Below are positions 34,238 through 47,300 of a stretch of 64,000 bases of DNA, piece by piece (within the stretch, counting starts at the first letter, position 1; every line of letters begins with the position of its first letter). The DNA lies in contig JBNRSN020000014.1 of NCBI GenBank assembly GCA_051313645.2, forward strand, positions 107,508,001 to 107,572,000, written 5' to 3'. A program made the position numbers and the translations under genes. This DNA comes from Centroscyllium fabricii (Eukaryota). The notes beneath the pieces are model-generated. The model worked only from the letters and a program-made list of their open reading frames with translations, was not told the origin of the DNA and did no database searches.

Positions 34238-35340
34238 GATAGTTGTAAATGGCTAACTAACAGAAAACAGAGGGTCAGGATAAACGGTTCATTTTCAGGT
34301 TAGCAAACTGTAAACAGTGGAGTGCCACAGGGATCAGCGCTGGGGCCTCAACTATTTACAATCTATATTAATGACTTGGATGAAGGGACGGTGTGCACTG
34401 TAGTCAAATTTGCTCATGATACAAAGATAGGTGGGAAAGCAAGTTGTGAGAAAGGCACCAAGGGCTGAATTTTCTCAGCCCCGAGGAGGCGGGCATGGAG
34501 GTGAGACTGCCGGTAAAGTAGCAGAAAGTGGGGGCGGATGGCAAACCCACCCCCATCCCTCCTATGTGCCCTTTTGCCAGGAGGTGGGAAGATGTGCTGC
34601 TTCGGATCCCGTCTCCTGGAGGTGGAAAGGGATTAAATCCTTTTAACTGCCTCTTAACAGGTAGTTAACAGGCAGAAAAAAGGATTAGAGCCATTTTACC
34701 TTCACATGTGAAGCCTTCCCGACCTCTGAGAACCCCGCCGGGTTGGAAGAGACATGGAGGAGGTCTGCGGAGGTCGGAGGCACCTGGAAGTAAGTTGTCG
34801 AGCTGAGTGATGGGTGTAAGTGTGGAGTGATAAATATGTATGGTGAGTGATAAGTGTTAAAAAATGTGCACTTACCTTGTTTTCTTCCTACAGCCTTCAT
34901 CCATCCTGGATCGAGAGACTCAACATCTTCCTTGTCGATTTCACAGACTGGCTGTTGGATCCTCTGAACCACCATCCATCTGAAATCGGCAAAGTTGAAA
35001 GGTTTGATGAGTCCTGAACACAAGGTCGCATCAAACTACAGAGAATGTCAGTGTTTGACAGCTTCACAGGGCTGTCAAATGCTGACATTTCTTCTTTCAA
35101 GAAGTCTTGACGGATAGCATGTCGGACGTTGACGTGCTCTGTCAGTGACTTCCTCCCTAATTGGTCTGCTGAGCCTGCAGGGTGGGCTTAACAAGGTCAA
35201 TCAGGGGAAATCGCTCTGGCTGGTCAGACAATGATGGAGGCGGGACATTGACACGACAAGCAGCAGTCCCGCCTCCAACTCATCTCCATTGAGAAAAGGC
35301 TAAATGAGTGGGTAAAAATTTGGCAGATCGAGTATAATGT
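34238..35340 (+). mobile_element. CR1 fragment interrupted by a Harbinger-like MITE (about 34461-35297)
   Basis: RKQRV…GVPQGS…IYINDL-like sequence at 34250-34440, resuming at about 35297; the MITE is similar to 7888-8729. Confidence 0.65.
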
Positions 35341-36402
35341 TGCTCTTACCACTGACTCATCTGAGAACACTGAACTCCACACAGCCTGGGAATCAAACAC
35401 GGGCTTCTCAGCCTACATGGTTCAACTATTCACTGGAAAAAGTTGCTGGGCCATTGGGGGAAGCTACTACCTTAAGTGGTTCTATCTTAGAAAATGACCT
35501 GATTATCAGCAGGAGCAGGTAGAACCCAGTGCTGCTAAATTTCTATTCACGTGACAGTCCTATTAGGGAAAAAATGCTTCAAAAGCAATAAGGGGTGTTT
35601 CTATCTAAAGTAATTAACTGCAGTGGAAAATAAGAGCGGTAAATAGTGAAAATGCAATCGAAACTCGCCAGTGAAACTTGGAAGCTTATTTGTTTGGGAA
35701 CTCTGCCCAGTCGGCATTGTCGAGGCAGGTGTCTGGATCAGATCACCATGTCTGCTCATGAGTTGACTTATCTGCAGTCCACCTGGACTACTAATGTTGT
35801 CTGTGCTACAAAACTGCCATAACAAACCAAACAAAATGTACAACTGTAACATGTATGCCTTTCCGAGGACAGACCACACAATGAAAGAAGCTGAGACAAA
35901 AGTACTAACCTTCAAAAAGAACCCACATGATCAGACTTCAGAGCATCTCTTTGCTCGATCTAAATATCTATATAATTAAACATTTTGCATCTAATGCAAA
36001 TAGGGTATCAACTTTCCAAATGTTCAACCTCAAAAATGCCTGTAAGGAAAATAACCGTACTTGACGCCATGCTCTGTGAATGGCCAGTCTTGCTGTCAAT
36101 CATTGAAAATAAACCACCTGTAACCTCTTTTTATTCTTTATATAACACGGCCCTGAAACTCCGTGAGGTTTCTCCCAGTCTCCTGCTGTAACTTCAGGAG
36201 ATCAGCTGGAACCTCAGGGAAACAGTGCAGACAGATTTTTCAATATTTACACCGTTGCTCCGACGATTGTGCTGGTCTGCTGCCGAGGTTACAGGGGACC
36301 CCCATGGAGTTTCAGGGGTCACACATTTGAGCTGGGGAATAAAAACACTGCTTGTTTATGATTGACAGTAAGACTGCTGTTCAGAGCTAACAAGGAATCC
36401 TC

Positions 36403-37138
36403 GGGGAGAAATTCACCATTTGGGGCGCTAATTTTTTTAAGTTTAAAAATTAAGTGCCAGGCAGTAACGATTTCAAACTTTTAAAAATTTACCGTTTGCA
36501 CTCCAAGAAGGAAGTGGGGCATTAAATCAAGCCCTCCACTTCCTTCTTGGAGCGCAATCGGCAGCAGGCAGGGCGGAGAATTCAGCGGCGCTGCTCACTG
36601 GGCCGTTCAGCGCTGCCGCGCTCAAAGGCTCCTTCCCTCCCTTAAAGGGAAGGGCCATCGCTGCAGGCTCTGCAATATAAGAAGTATCTACCTGGATCAC
36701 CAAGGCAGCCGCGATCCTGCGCGGTCAGCCCGGCACTCAAGCAGAGAGCCAGGCTGATCGATCGTGGGCAGGAACCCATGAAAAAAATTGGAACAGGAAA
36801 GTTTTTTTTTTACTTACCTTGGCCACCTCGTCTTTAATCATCGCCCCCAAAGTGGCTGGCTGCCCGATGCACGCCTCCTGCAGCTGTCGGTGTTTTCGAC
36901 CGCCATTGCTGCAGGGGGTGGAAGTCAATTTCAGATCCGAGGCGCTACCGGGGCGATACGCACATCGATGATGTCACGATCTCCGGGCGAAGGAGATTGG
37001 GGCGCAACGCCGTAGGGCCGCTGCAAACCTCCCGCCAAATATGGCGGCAGTCGATGTCAGCGCCGTGCTTGGTCGCAAAGCCATTTGCGCCCCGTTAATG
37101 CCCCCAAGGGAAGCGCAAAAGCACCCAATTTCGCCCCC
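36403..37138. mobile_element. GC-rich Harbinger-like MITE
   Basis: ggggagaaatt / aatttcgcccc termini with internal palindromes; TSD unclear. Confidence 0.55.
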
Positions 37139-37456
37139 AGGAAATCCCTCTTCCCCACTCAGTTCAGGATCAGGATAAAGGTAAAAGATACCAATTGAAT
37201 AAATCAATAAAGCAACATGGCAGATGTTTCCGCTATGCTTCAGGTAAAGTAAAACTGCTAACATGTTCTTTAAAAACTCAGTTACAATTTCGCTGCATCT
37301 AACACAAAGGGAACAATTTCCTTCCATGTCAGTTTAATATGAGTTGTGGGGATGTTACTCAAACCTATCATCAGGGACAAAGTGACTGAGCTGATCAAAG
37401 AAAGCCAGCATAGATTTTTGAAGGGTAGGTTAGTCTGTCTAATCTAGTTGGATTGT

Positions 37457-37749
37457 TGACGTATCGTCAATAAGACTAAAGACGAGTAGTTACCTTAACT
37501 ATAGGCTTTTATTAACTTAACGATGGAGCTAGCCTCCATACGAACATCAGGCACAGAATGACTGGGGGCAGGGCAGACCTCACCGATAAGGCTCCCACCT
37601 GAGGGGAGGAGTTAGAGGTGTGGCTGACCTGGCCTTACAACCGTGTTCTACATCCAATACATCCAATGCACCAAGCAACTATATACATGGGTCATGTGGT
37701 GCAGTACAACTACAATCCAACTATATACAATGGTAATATGATTACCACA
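37457..37749 (-). mobile_element. Solo LTR, element-A family, inserted in a CR1 remnant
   Basis: tgacgtatcgtca…ttaccaca; TSD attgt. Confidence 0.92.
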
Positions 37750-39158
37750 ATTGTTTGAGGAGGTCACTAGTATGGCAGAGAGGGCAGTGTCTATGGATGT
37801 TGTCTACAATGCATTTTCAAGAAGGCTTTTCTTTGCCAGTTATGCCATTGTTCCAGAGATTCCAGCAAAGTCACACCAGAGAGCCATGTGGCAATTCCAG
37901 GTGTATGTCTCCCCATCTCCGCGTTGAGCACCAATTTTAACCCCCTGCACTTAATGAGAATGGAACACGCGGGAAGTTAAAATGGGGCAGTGTACTTTTC
38001 TCCCCGTTCAGGCCCCGCTCCCACCCACTGCCAATTTAACTCCCGGGTTTCGGATGGTATTGTAAGTGCTCGTCACAGGTAGGAGAGTGCCACATAAATC
38101 TGAAAAAGGTGGGGTCCTATGATGCAAATAGGACCCCAACGTGATTTTAACTCGGTTGCACGAGTATTGACCAGTGCCAGAAACTCCTAAAAACCTGGCT
38201 GCAAATAGGATCAAGATCAGAAGAGGCCCAGAATGGGAGGTTTTAAAAAAATGTCGGTATCTTTTTGGGCCAGGAGAAGCATGAGTGCTCTTCTGGGCCT
38301 CACAAGGAATCGCTGGGCTTCCCGTGACCTGGGTTTCCCCCCCTCCCCCAACTGTGGTGCCCTCTGGAGCTCTTCCACCATTTACCTTAGTGCTGGAGAT
38401 ATTTTCCGCAGATCCCGGGTGGTGGCATCCTACTGCCCGTAATCCTGGCCTCACCCGTCGGCCTGGTAATGACTCCCGTAGGTTTGGGTGAGAGACTCAA
38501 CTCCAACATTGAAATGAGGAGCTGAAGTTAAAATCTCGCCAGGCCTCTCAGTGTCAGGGTGCAAGTCTGCTGCTTGGCCCCGCACGCACACACTGCACTT
38601 TCGTCCTGAGTTAAAATCGGGGCTATTCTGTTTGACTTCCACTGTTACCACCTGCCTTTGTCTCTCTCTCTCTGTATGGCCTCGCGCACAATTTATTTTG
38701 GCATTGTCGCTGCATATTGGTGGAGGGTAACGATTAGAGACACTAATCCGGGTCAAAATGAAGTTGTCTTTGGAAAAATATGGGTTAATAAATGAAAGCC
38801 AGCACAAATTTGTTAAAGGCAAATCGTGTTTGACTAACTTGATTATTTTCTTTGATTAAGTAACCGAAAGGGCTGATGCGGGTTGATGTGTATAGGGACT
38901 TTCAGATGGAATTTGATAAAGTGCTACATAATAGACTTGTTAGAAAAATTGAAGCCCATGGGATTAAATGGGCAGTGGCAGCACAGATAAGAAACTGGTG
39001 AAGGGACAGAAAGTAGAGAGCAGTGAACAGTTGTTTTTTCAGACTGGAGGGAAGTGTACGGTGGTGTCCACCAGGAGTCGGTGTGGGGACCACTGCTCTT
39101 TTTGATACATATTAATGACATGGACTTGGGTTTGCATAGCATAATTTCAAAGTTTGCA

Positions 39159-39465
39159 GGTTGCACGGTGGCATAGTGGTTGGCACTGTTGCCTCACAGC
39201 GCCAGGGGCACGGGTTCAAATCCGACCTTGGGTGACTATCTGTGTGGAGTTTGCACATTCTCCCCGTGTCTGCGTGAGTTTCTTCCGGGTGCTCCGGTTT
39301 CCTTCCACAGTCCAAAGATGTGCGGGTTAGGTTGATTGGCCATGATAAATTGACCCTTAGTGTTAGGGGGATTAAATATGTGGGGTTGCGGGGATAGGGT
39401 GGGATATGTGTGGGTGCAGGCTCGATGGGCCGAAATGGCCTCTATCTGCACTCTAGGGATTCGTT
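39159..39465 (+). mobile_element. HE1-like V-SINE (tRNA head)
   Basis: A-box tggcatagtgg, B-box ggttcaaatcc, V-domain-like tgtggagtttgcacattctccccgtgtctgcgtg. Confidence 0.85.
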
Positions 39466-41797
39466 AGGGGTAATTTTCGTGTAATGGTGGGAAACTGGCG
39501 GGAATTGGGCGGGCCGGGTTTTTGGCCCACCCAATTAAGTGGCGCGGATTCCCACGCAATTTTCGTGCAACCATCCAATTAATTCCCCACATGTGGGAAG
39601 CCTTCCCAATCACCGATTTCCAGTCAGAAAGTCGCACAGTATGACGTCAGGATTCGGGTTTTCTTTAAAAAAACAGCTCTCCTCCCGCACTGCTCAGAGC
39701 TCTGAATCTTTCAACAGGATGGCAGAGCGTGAGGGTGCTGCAGCGGGCCGCCCCAGAGGACGACCGCCAAAGGTGTCCACACAGGAGCAGCAGGGCACTC
39801 AGCAGGGGGCCTCCACATCTGCTGACACCACAGGGACAGCACGACGTAGGAGCACTCGTAAAAGAACCAGTAAACACCCTTAGGCACAACGGGAGTCACT
39901 TGGGTGTTAGTGTTACTTAGGTCTCCAAAGCAGTGGTCGCACAGCAGACCACTGCAGGTGCCTCCTGATGCAGTTGTCATGTCTGACATCTTGCAAATGG
40001 CCCTTCCACATTGAAACCTTATGCAGGCTGGACAGCAATCGGGTAGGCCTCACAGATATGCAACGATGCTGAAGCAATATGGCAGAAGGACTTACAGCAA
40101 GACGAATGACGTTCAACAGCAGAGTGCAGCTGAATGGTTAGCAATGAAGGTCCTTGAAACCGGCCTACCCTCATGGGGACGCACACCAGCGAACAGAGGG
40201 ACTGTATGACCGATGTGTGGACCAAAGGATGACCAGGTTAACTGAACAAGCCACCTGATGTTTTCGCTACAGCAGCAAACACGCCTCAGTGCTGAACCTT
40301 TACAGGAACAAACCCTTAAACAGATGGAGGTGGCCAAAGAAAAGATGCGCCAACTGTCCAAAGTACCCACGCATCCAACATCATCAGGCTTCAAATGCAC
40401 CCTCACAGCACCTGACCCTGATGGAATGGCCAAGGAGCCATGGTGCCAGCAAGCCTAAGCACTGAAGCATCAAACAAGATCAGGTGGGTGAAGAACCACC
40501 AGACATTGACCCTCACCGCCCTCCACTACTGCTGCCTCATGTGAGGGTGCGCTGCCCTGGTTTGTCATTATGTTTCACTGTTGAAAAGGGAAGGGCAGTT
40601 CGTGAGAGGAGGGAACATGATTGACAATGGATATGAAGTTGCAACTTCAAAAGTGGACTGGCGGAGGTGCAGCATTGCTGATAATGACATTTTGACTGTT
40701 TCAACCTGCATGTCTGCATCTGTGATGCCTGGGACATCATTAATGTAGTGAATCATAAGTGCTGGTCATCAGTTGAACAACCGTGCATGTGGCCATGTTT
40801 GCTTAATGTATGTACTAAACAGCATGTTGCAGTTGCAACCTTTTGTTTCTGTGTTCATTATTGCATGTGATGGTTGAGTGGCAGCATGTTCATCAAAGGA
40901 ATCTGTGGTGCGTCAGGGGCGTGGCTGGGGTCGAGCGGCAGCAACCCCGTCCTCCTTCTCCTGTACCCCCTCCTCTTCTTCCTTCTCTTCCTCTTCCTCT
41001 TCCTTCTCCTCCTCATCTGAGGACGGTATGCGAGGAGGAAGGTCTTGGTGAGGAGGTTGCAAGCCACGGCGCTGGGCCATGTTGTGAAGTTGACAGCATA
41101 CCAGTACCATTGTGGAGACCCTGTTTGGGGGGTATCTTCTGCGGTGATGACCTCGGATGCGCCGATGCCTTCTGGCCCATGCTGCCCCCGGAAGGTCCAC
41201 AGGAGCATCAGGCTCCTGGTGTGGCTGTTGCTGTTGCTGCTGTAGCCGCATCTGCTCCTGGTAGAGATCATGCAATCCCAAGAAGGGAAGGAAGAAAACA
41301 GCTCCCATGGCTGTGCTGGCAGCCTCGGCTGAGGAAGCACTGACTGAGGCGGAGGGGTGGGGGGTGGGGGGGGCGTTCCCAGGTCACACTGCAGAAGTGT
41401 TAGAGGATTCAACCTTTCACAGGTGCGCTGAAGGCTCTTGCTAATATCCCGTGGACTGAGACAACAATGTGTTTGGGCATGCGAATGATGGCTGATTAAA
41501 TGTCAGCCCTCATTAAGTGACCAGACACAGATACTCAGCAGTCCCACGCAGTTCACACAAGGGTTTCACCTGGTGGGGTTTATCTTGGCGGGTTTTGTGC
41601 GTGAAACGCACGGATGCCAATTAAGGGCCATTAACGAGCTAAACAAGCATCCCCGCCGGGCGCCGGCGGCACGGAATCGGGGCGGCAAAAAAATCAGGAC
41701 GAAAATTCGAAACCAGCGGGAAATGGGCGGGCTTGGGCGAGAACCAAAAATGTCGAATTTTCATCTCCCGCCCGCCCGGCCCACGAAAATTCCCCCC
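39466..41797. mobile_element. Non-autonomous Harbinger, deletion derivative related to the 59489+ element
   Basis: TIR aggggtaattttcgtg / cacgaaaattcccccc; TSD GTT. Colinear with about 59500-59770 and 61595-63440. Mini-ORFs at 39719-39883 (+) and 40913-41308 (-). Confidence 0.88.
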
Positions 41798-42138
41798 GTT
41801 GATTCTATGATAATTTTATGACACCAAACTCAGAAATGTAGCAAACAATGAGGAGGATAGTAACAGACTTCAGGAGGGCACAGACTGGTGAAATGGGCAG
41901 ACACGTGGCAGATGGAAATTTAATGCAGAGAAGTGTGAAGTGATTCATTTTGGTCAGGATAATGAGGAGAGGCAATCTAAATTAAATGATATAAAGTTAA
42001 TGGGGGTGCAGGAACAGAAAGACCTGGGGGTGTACATACACAAAATTGAAGGTAACAGGACAGTTGAGAAGCCTGTTAAAAAGGCATACAGGATCATTGA
42101 GCTTATAAATAGAGGCATGGAGTACCAAAGCAAGGAAT

Positions 42139-43032
42139 GATGTGGAGGTGCCGGTGTTGGACTGGGGTGGACAAATGTAAGAAGTCACACAACACCAGGT
42201 TATAATCCAACAGTTTTATTTGAAATCACAAGCTTTCGGAGCGCTGCTCCTTCATCAGGTGAAGTGGAGAGATGCATATAAACAAAGTATATATAGTTGG
42301 AGAATAATGCTGGATGATTACAGGTAATCTTTCCAACTGCCCTTCATCACACCTCGGCAGAGAGACATTCACAGCAATCAAAGGTGTGAATGGTGTCCAA
42401 ACAGGTCAGTCAGGAAAACACCACACTGAAGAACAATGAGGTGGAGTCACAAAGGGTCAAATGTTGCACATGCTGGGGTCTGTGTGAAAAACAAACAGAA
42501 CAATAAAAAAAAAAAATTCTTGCTGGAAATCACAGCCGGTCCAGCCGCATCTGTGTAGTGAGAACAAGCCAAAGACAGCTCGAGTCTGGATGACTCTACG
42601 TCAGGTGGGGTTACATGTAGCGTGACATGAACCCAAGATCCCGGTTGAGGCTGTCCTCATGAGTGCGGAACTTGGCTATCAGTTTCTGCTCGACGATTTT
42701 GCGTTGTCGTGTGTCTCGACGGCTGCCTTGGAGAATGCTTACCCAAAGATCGGAGGCTGAATATCCTTGACTGCTGAAGTGTTCCCCGACTGGGAGGGAA
42801 CACTCCTGCCTGGTGATTGTTGTGCAGTGTCCGTTCATCCGTTGTCGCAGTGTCTGCATGGTCTCGCCGATGTGCCATGCTCCGGGACATCCTTTCCTGC
42901 AATGTATGAGGTAGACAACGTTGGCCGAGTCACATGAGTATGTACCATGTACCTGGTGGGTGGTGTCCTCACGTGTGATGATGGTATCTGCGTTGATGAT
43001 CTGGCGTGTCTTGCAGAGGTTGCCGTGGCAGG
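42139..43032 (-). mobile_element. Penelope-like element 3' part with GIY-YIG endonuclease remnant
   Basis: NVVYLIHC…C…IGET / LRQRMNGH…PVGEHF…RKIVEQKLI…LNRD. Confidence 0.85.
42227..42261 (-). ncRNA. Minimal type I hammerhead ribozyme motif
   Basis: Minus strand reads CAC-CUGAUGA-A-GGAGC(AGC)GCUCC-GAAA-GCUU-GUG. Confidence 0.75.
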
Positions 43033-43509
43033 GAAGTTATGCTAAACCTTTATGTATCACTCGTTAGGCCCCAGCTGGAGTATTCTGGCCAATTCTGAGC
43101 ACCACACTTTAGGAAGGATGTCAAGGCCTTAGAGAGGGTGCAGAGGAGATTTACTGGAATGGTACCTGGGATGGAGGACTTCAGTTATGTGGAGAGACTT
43201 GAGAAAGTGGGATTGTTCTCCTTAGAGTAGAGAAGGTTGAGGGAAGATTTGATAACTGTGTTCAAAATCATGAAGAGTTATGATAGAGTAAATAAGGAGA
43301 ATTTGCAGGGCTATGGGGAAAGAGCAGGGGAGTGAGACTGATTGGAGAGCTCTTTCAAAGAGCCTGCACAGTCCAAATGCTCTCCTTCTCTGCTGTGTCA
43401 TTCTATGATTTGTCCATTTGTCTTTGTGTCACTCTCCATAAGTTTCTCATTTCCACTATCTGCACTTTCTATATAATCTTCCCCTCTCTCTGTATGCTCC
43501 TCACAGCAA

Positions 43510-43850
43510 CATAGGAACAGAAGTAGGTCATTAAGCCTCTTGATTCTGTTCCGCCATTTTATTAGATAATGGAATCTAATCCATTTACAGTACCTGCCAT
43601 TGATCCATATCACTTACTAAATAAAATTCTGTCAATCTCAGTCTTGAAAATTTCAATTGACCCAGCATCCACAGCCTTTTGGGACAGGGAATTGTAGATT
43701 GCCACTACTCTTTGTGTGAAGAAGTGCTTCCTGATTTCAGTCCTAAATGGCCTCACTCTAATATTAAGTTTGTGTGCCCTTGTTCTGGGATTCCCCCCCA
43801 GAGGAAATGGTTTATCCGTATCTACCCAAGCGAATCCTTTTAATATCAAT
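43510..43850 (-). mobile_element. CR1 3' fragment
   Basis: RTRAHKL…RKHFFTQRVV…NSL. Confidence 0.8.
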
Positions 43851-44315
43851 TTGATAGTATCATTTAAAAGAGAAATGGGCAGGTTCCTAATTTGACAAAG
43901 AATAAAAGATACAAAACTTAGATAAAGGAGGAAATTAAAAATGGTCAATGAATGAGCTTTTTGAAAGTGAGGTAAACAGTCTGAGCTAGATTGGTTGCAC
44001 TGCCTTTAGCGATAAAGTACCTCCCCAATAAACAGCGAAGACATATCCGGAGGACACTGTGGTAACCCTTATATGGTTACCATTACCTTATATGGCTACC
44101 ATTGTATAAGTGCCATTGTACTGCTGGGAGCCAGGTCAGCCACATCCTCGACTCCTCCCCAGGTGGGGACACCGATATAAGGTGTGGCCAGACCCAGCCC
44201 CTTCATTCTTGTATGTGAACTTGTAAAAAGACTAGCTCCATTCTTTATCAATTAAAAGCCTTGTATTTCAGTACTAACAAGTCACCTTTTAATTGAGTTA
44301 GCGACTACGCTACAA

Positions 44316-44329
44316 TTTTAATTGATAAA
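44316..44329 (+). promoter_or_regulatory. Non-tRNA PBS-position sequence complementary to LTR 44244-44257
   Basis: ttttaattgataaa vs tttatcaattaaaa, a perfect 14-bp inverted repeat. Confidence 0.9.
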
Positions 44330-44335
44330 CTTAAA

Positions 44336-47300
44336 ATGGAGAGCAGCACGTTAAAACCTAGGGAGCTGGACATTAGCCCCCAGGATGATGCGGCACCAGC
44401 TACCTTCAAGCACTGGTTTGGATTACTAAAGGCCTATATGGCAGCAGCCAAGGCTACCACGGACGAGGACAAACTCCAACTCCTGCTATCCAGGGTCTCC
44501 AGCAGGGTTTTCACCCTTGTCGAGGACCTTACAACCTACGAGGAAACGGTGACGACCCTCAAACAGTACTATGAGCGCCCGGTCCACTCTGTCTACGCCC
44601 GCCACCTACTAGCGACCCGATCTCAACTACCCGGTGAGTCAAACGACCAGTTTGAGCAAGCGCTCCGGGGCATGATACGGGCCTGTGGCTGCAAGGGTGG
44701 ATTGACCAAGGCACAGGAAGAAAACATCCTCCTCCGGGACGCCTATGTCTCAGGACTAAGATGTGCAGTAGCCCGTCAGAGGCTACTGGAAAAGGACAAT
44801 CTGACCCTTGAGGAGGCAACCACGTTAGCCAAATCGGTGGAGGGGGCCCGGAATAAATCGCAGACGTACGGTGGTACCAGCCATCAAGTCTACAACATAT
44901 GGGCCGCACCACAACAGGCGTCACGGATTGAGAGCCCCACGACGGCCGCGACGGCCACCACGGACACTAAGCTCAAACACTGCTATTTCTGCGGCCAAGG
45001 ATTGCACCCCAGAGCAAAATGCCCAGCCAAGACGGCGACCTGCGAAAAATGCTCCAAGAAGGGACACTTCGCCAAAGCCTGCAGAGCCACTCCAGCCACA
45101 GCATCTAAAAGGTACAACAGTGCAGTCTGTGAGAGCAACCATCACCAGGTAAGCTGCATTTGCAGTGCTATTCAGCGACGGCAAGCGCCCCCACCTCGAT
45201 GCAGCGGCAACCGGCCAAACGCGAGCTTACAACGCAGCCGGCTGCGTGCGAATCACGGGCACCGCCAACCCGACCACCGCGGTTCGCTGCGTGCAAATCA
45301 CGGGCGCTGCCAGCGCGTTCACCGCGGCTCGCTGCGTGCGAATCACGGGCACCGCCAGCGCGTTCACCGCGGTTAGCTGCGTGCGAATCACGGGCACCGC
45401 CAGCGCGTTCACCGCGGTTCGCTGCGTGCGAATCACGGGCACCGCCAGCGCGTTCACCGCGGTTCGCTGCGTGCGAATCACGGGCACCGCCAACGCATCA
45501 GAGCCCCGCAGTAACGCTACCCCGCAACCCAGGCCCCTCCATGTGTGAACCACGGAAGACGCCATCTTGCGCCCAGGGCTCCTCCATGTGCGAGCCAAGG
45601 GCGGCGCCATTTTGTACCCGGGGCCCCTCCATGTGCGAGTCAAGGGCGGCGCCATTTTGTACCCAGGGCCCCTCCATGTGCAAGCCAAGGGCGGCACCAT
45701 TTTGTATCCAGGGCCCCTCCATGTGCGAACCATGGGCGGCGCCATTTTGTGCACAGTCCCCATCAGCAGGGGCTGCTACAACTACAGTCAGCCAAAGCAA
45801 GCCCCATCACTTGTCTAATTCATTAATACGTATTAGGATTAATAACCATACCGTCGACTGCCTTCTCGACACGGGCAGTACCGAGAGTTTCATTCACCCT
45901 GATACAGTGCGGCGTTTCGGGCTGCAGGTCCTGCCCACCAACTACCAAGTGTCCCTAGCTTCACAGTCCCACACCGCGGACGTCACCGGCTACTGCTCCG
46001 TCACGCTCACCGTCCAGGGACGCGTGTACCGCAATTTTAAATTCTATACCCTCAAAAAGTTGTGTGCCCCAGCCTTACTAGGCTTGGATTTCCAGTGCCA
46101 CTTCAAGAGCGTGACCATGGAGTTCGGCGGGACTTTACCCCCCCTCACCCTCAGTAGCCGGGACAATCTCCCCCCGAAGCGGACCCCGGCCTGCGGCCTC
46201 TCCACCCTGAAAATCGACCCCCCATCGCTGTTCGCCAACCTCGACCCAAAGTGCAAACCAATCGCCACTAAGAGTCGGCGGTACAGTGAGGGGGGTCGCA
46301 CGTTTATCAGGTCGGAGGTCGGGCGGATGCTGAAGGAGGGGATTATTGAAGCCAGCACCAGCCCCTGGCGCGCCCAAGTTGTAGTGGTGAAGTCTGGTGA
46401 GAAACAATGGCTAGTGATCGACTATAGCCAGACTATCAACCGCTACACCGGGCTCGACGCCTACCCCTTCCCCGCATCTCAGAAATGGTCAACCAGATCG
46501 CCCAGTACAAGGTGTTCTCCACAATCGACCTTATGTCGGCGTATCATCAGCTCCCGATTCGGAAAGCCGACCGCCCCTACACCGCCTTCGAGGCGAACGG
46601 TCAGCTCTACCACTTTCTCCGGGTCCCCTTTGGCGTGACCAACGGAGTGTCCGTGTTCCAGCGGGAGATGGACCGTATGGTTGACCAGAATGACTTGCAG
46701 GCCACCTTCCCCTACCTGGACAACGTGACCATCTGCGGCCACGACCAGCAGGACCACGATGCCAATCTGGCCAAATTCCTCGCCACGGCGGCTAAGCTGG
46801 ACCTTACGTATAACAAAAACAAGTGTGTCTTTAATACAACCCGGCTCGCCATCCTCGGATACGTGGTGGAGAACGGGCTCCTCGGCCCCGACCCACAGCG
46901 TATGCGACCCCTGCTAGAACTGCCCTTACCTCACAACCCCAAAGCCTTGAGGAGATGCCTAGGATTTTTCTCCTACTATGCACAATGGGTCCCACAGTTC
47001 GCAGATAAGGCTAGACCACTCCTCAAGGCTGCACTCTTCCCCCTTTCTATAGAAGCCCAAAAGGCATTCGAAAAGATAAAGGAAGATATCATCAAGGCGA
47101 CCATGCTCGCTGTTGATGAATCCATCCCTTTCCAGGTGGAGAGTGACGCTTCGGACTTTGCTCTTGCTGCCACCCTGAATCAGGCAGGCAGGCCCGTAGC
47201 GTTTTTCTCCCGCACCTTACAGGGACCCGAGACTCGCCACTCTGCAGTGGAAAAGGAGGCCCAGGCCATCGTGGAGGCCGTGCGCTACTGGCGTCATTAC

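Larger units (their letters stand above)
38740..43410 (+). mobile_element. Old CR1 RT remnant split by a SINE, a Harbinger and a Penelope
   Basis: Colinear pieces at about 38740-39158, 41815-42137 and 43033-43410 ([13 protein letters not shown]|DTKL, YQSKE|VMLNLY). Confidence 0.75.

Noticed and set aside
35669-35815. Possible minus-strand exon in ORF 35601-35915
   Set aside because: It would need a GC donor, has no recognisable domain and no partner exons are supported.
39159-39235. tRNA genes (also at about 5430, 51790 and 59085)
   Set aside because: These are tRNA-derived SINE heads continuing into SINE bodies.
45150-45200. Programmed gag-pol frameshift in element C
   Set aside because: A and B use a single frame and no clear slippery heptamer is seen. 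A second shift inside RT indicates decay or sequencing error.
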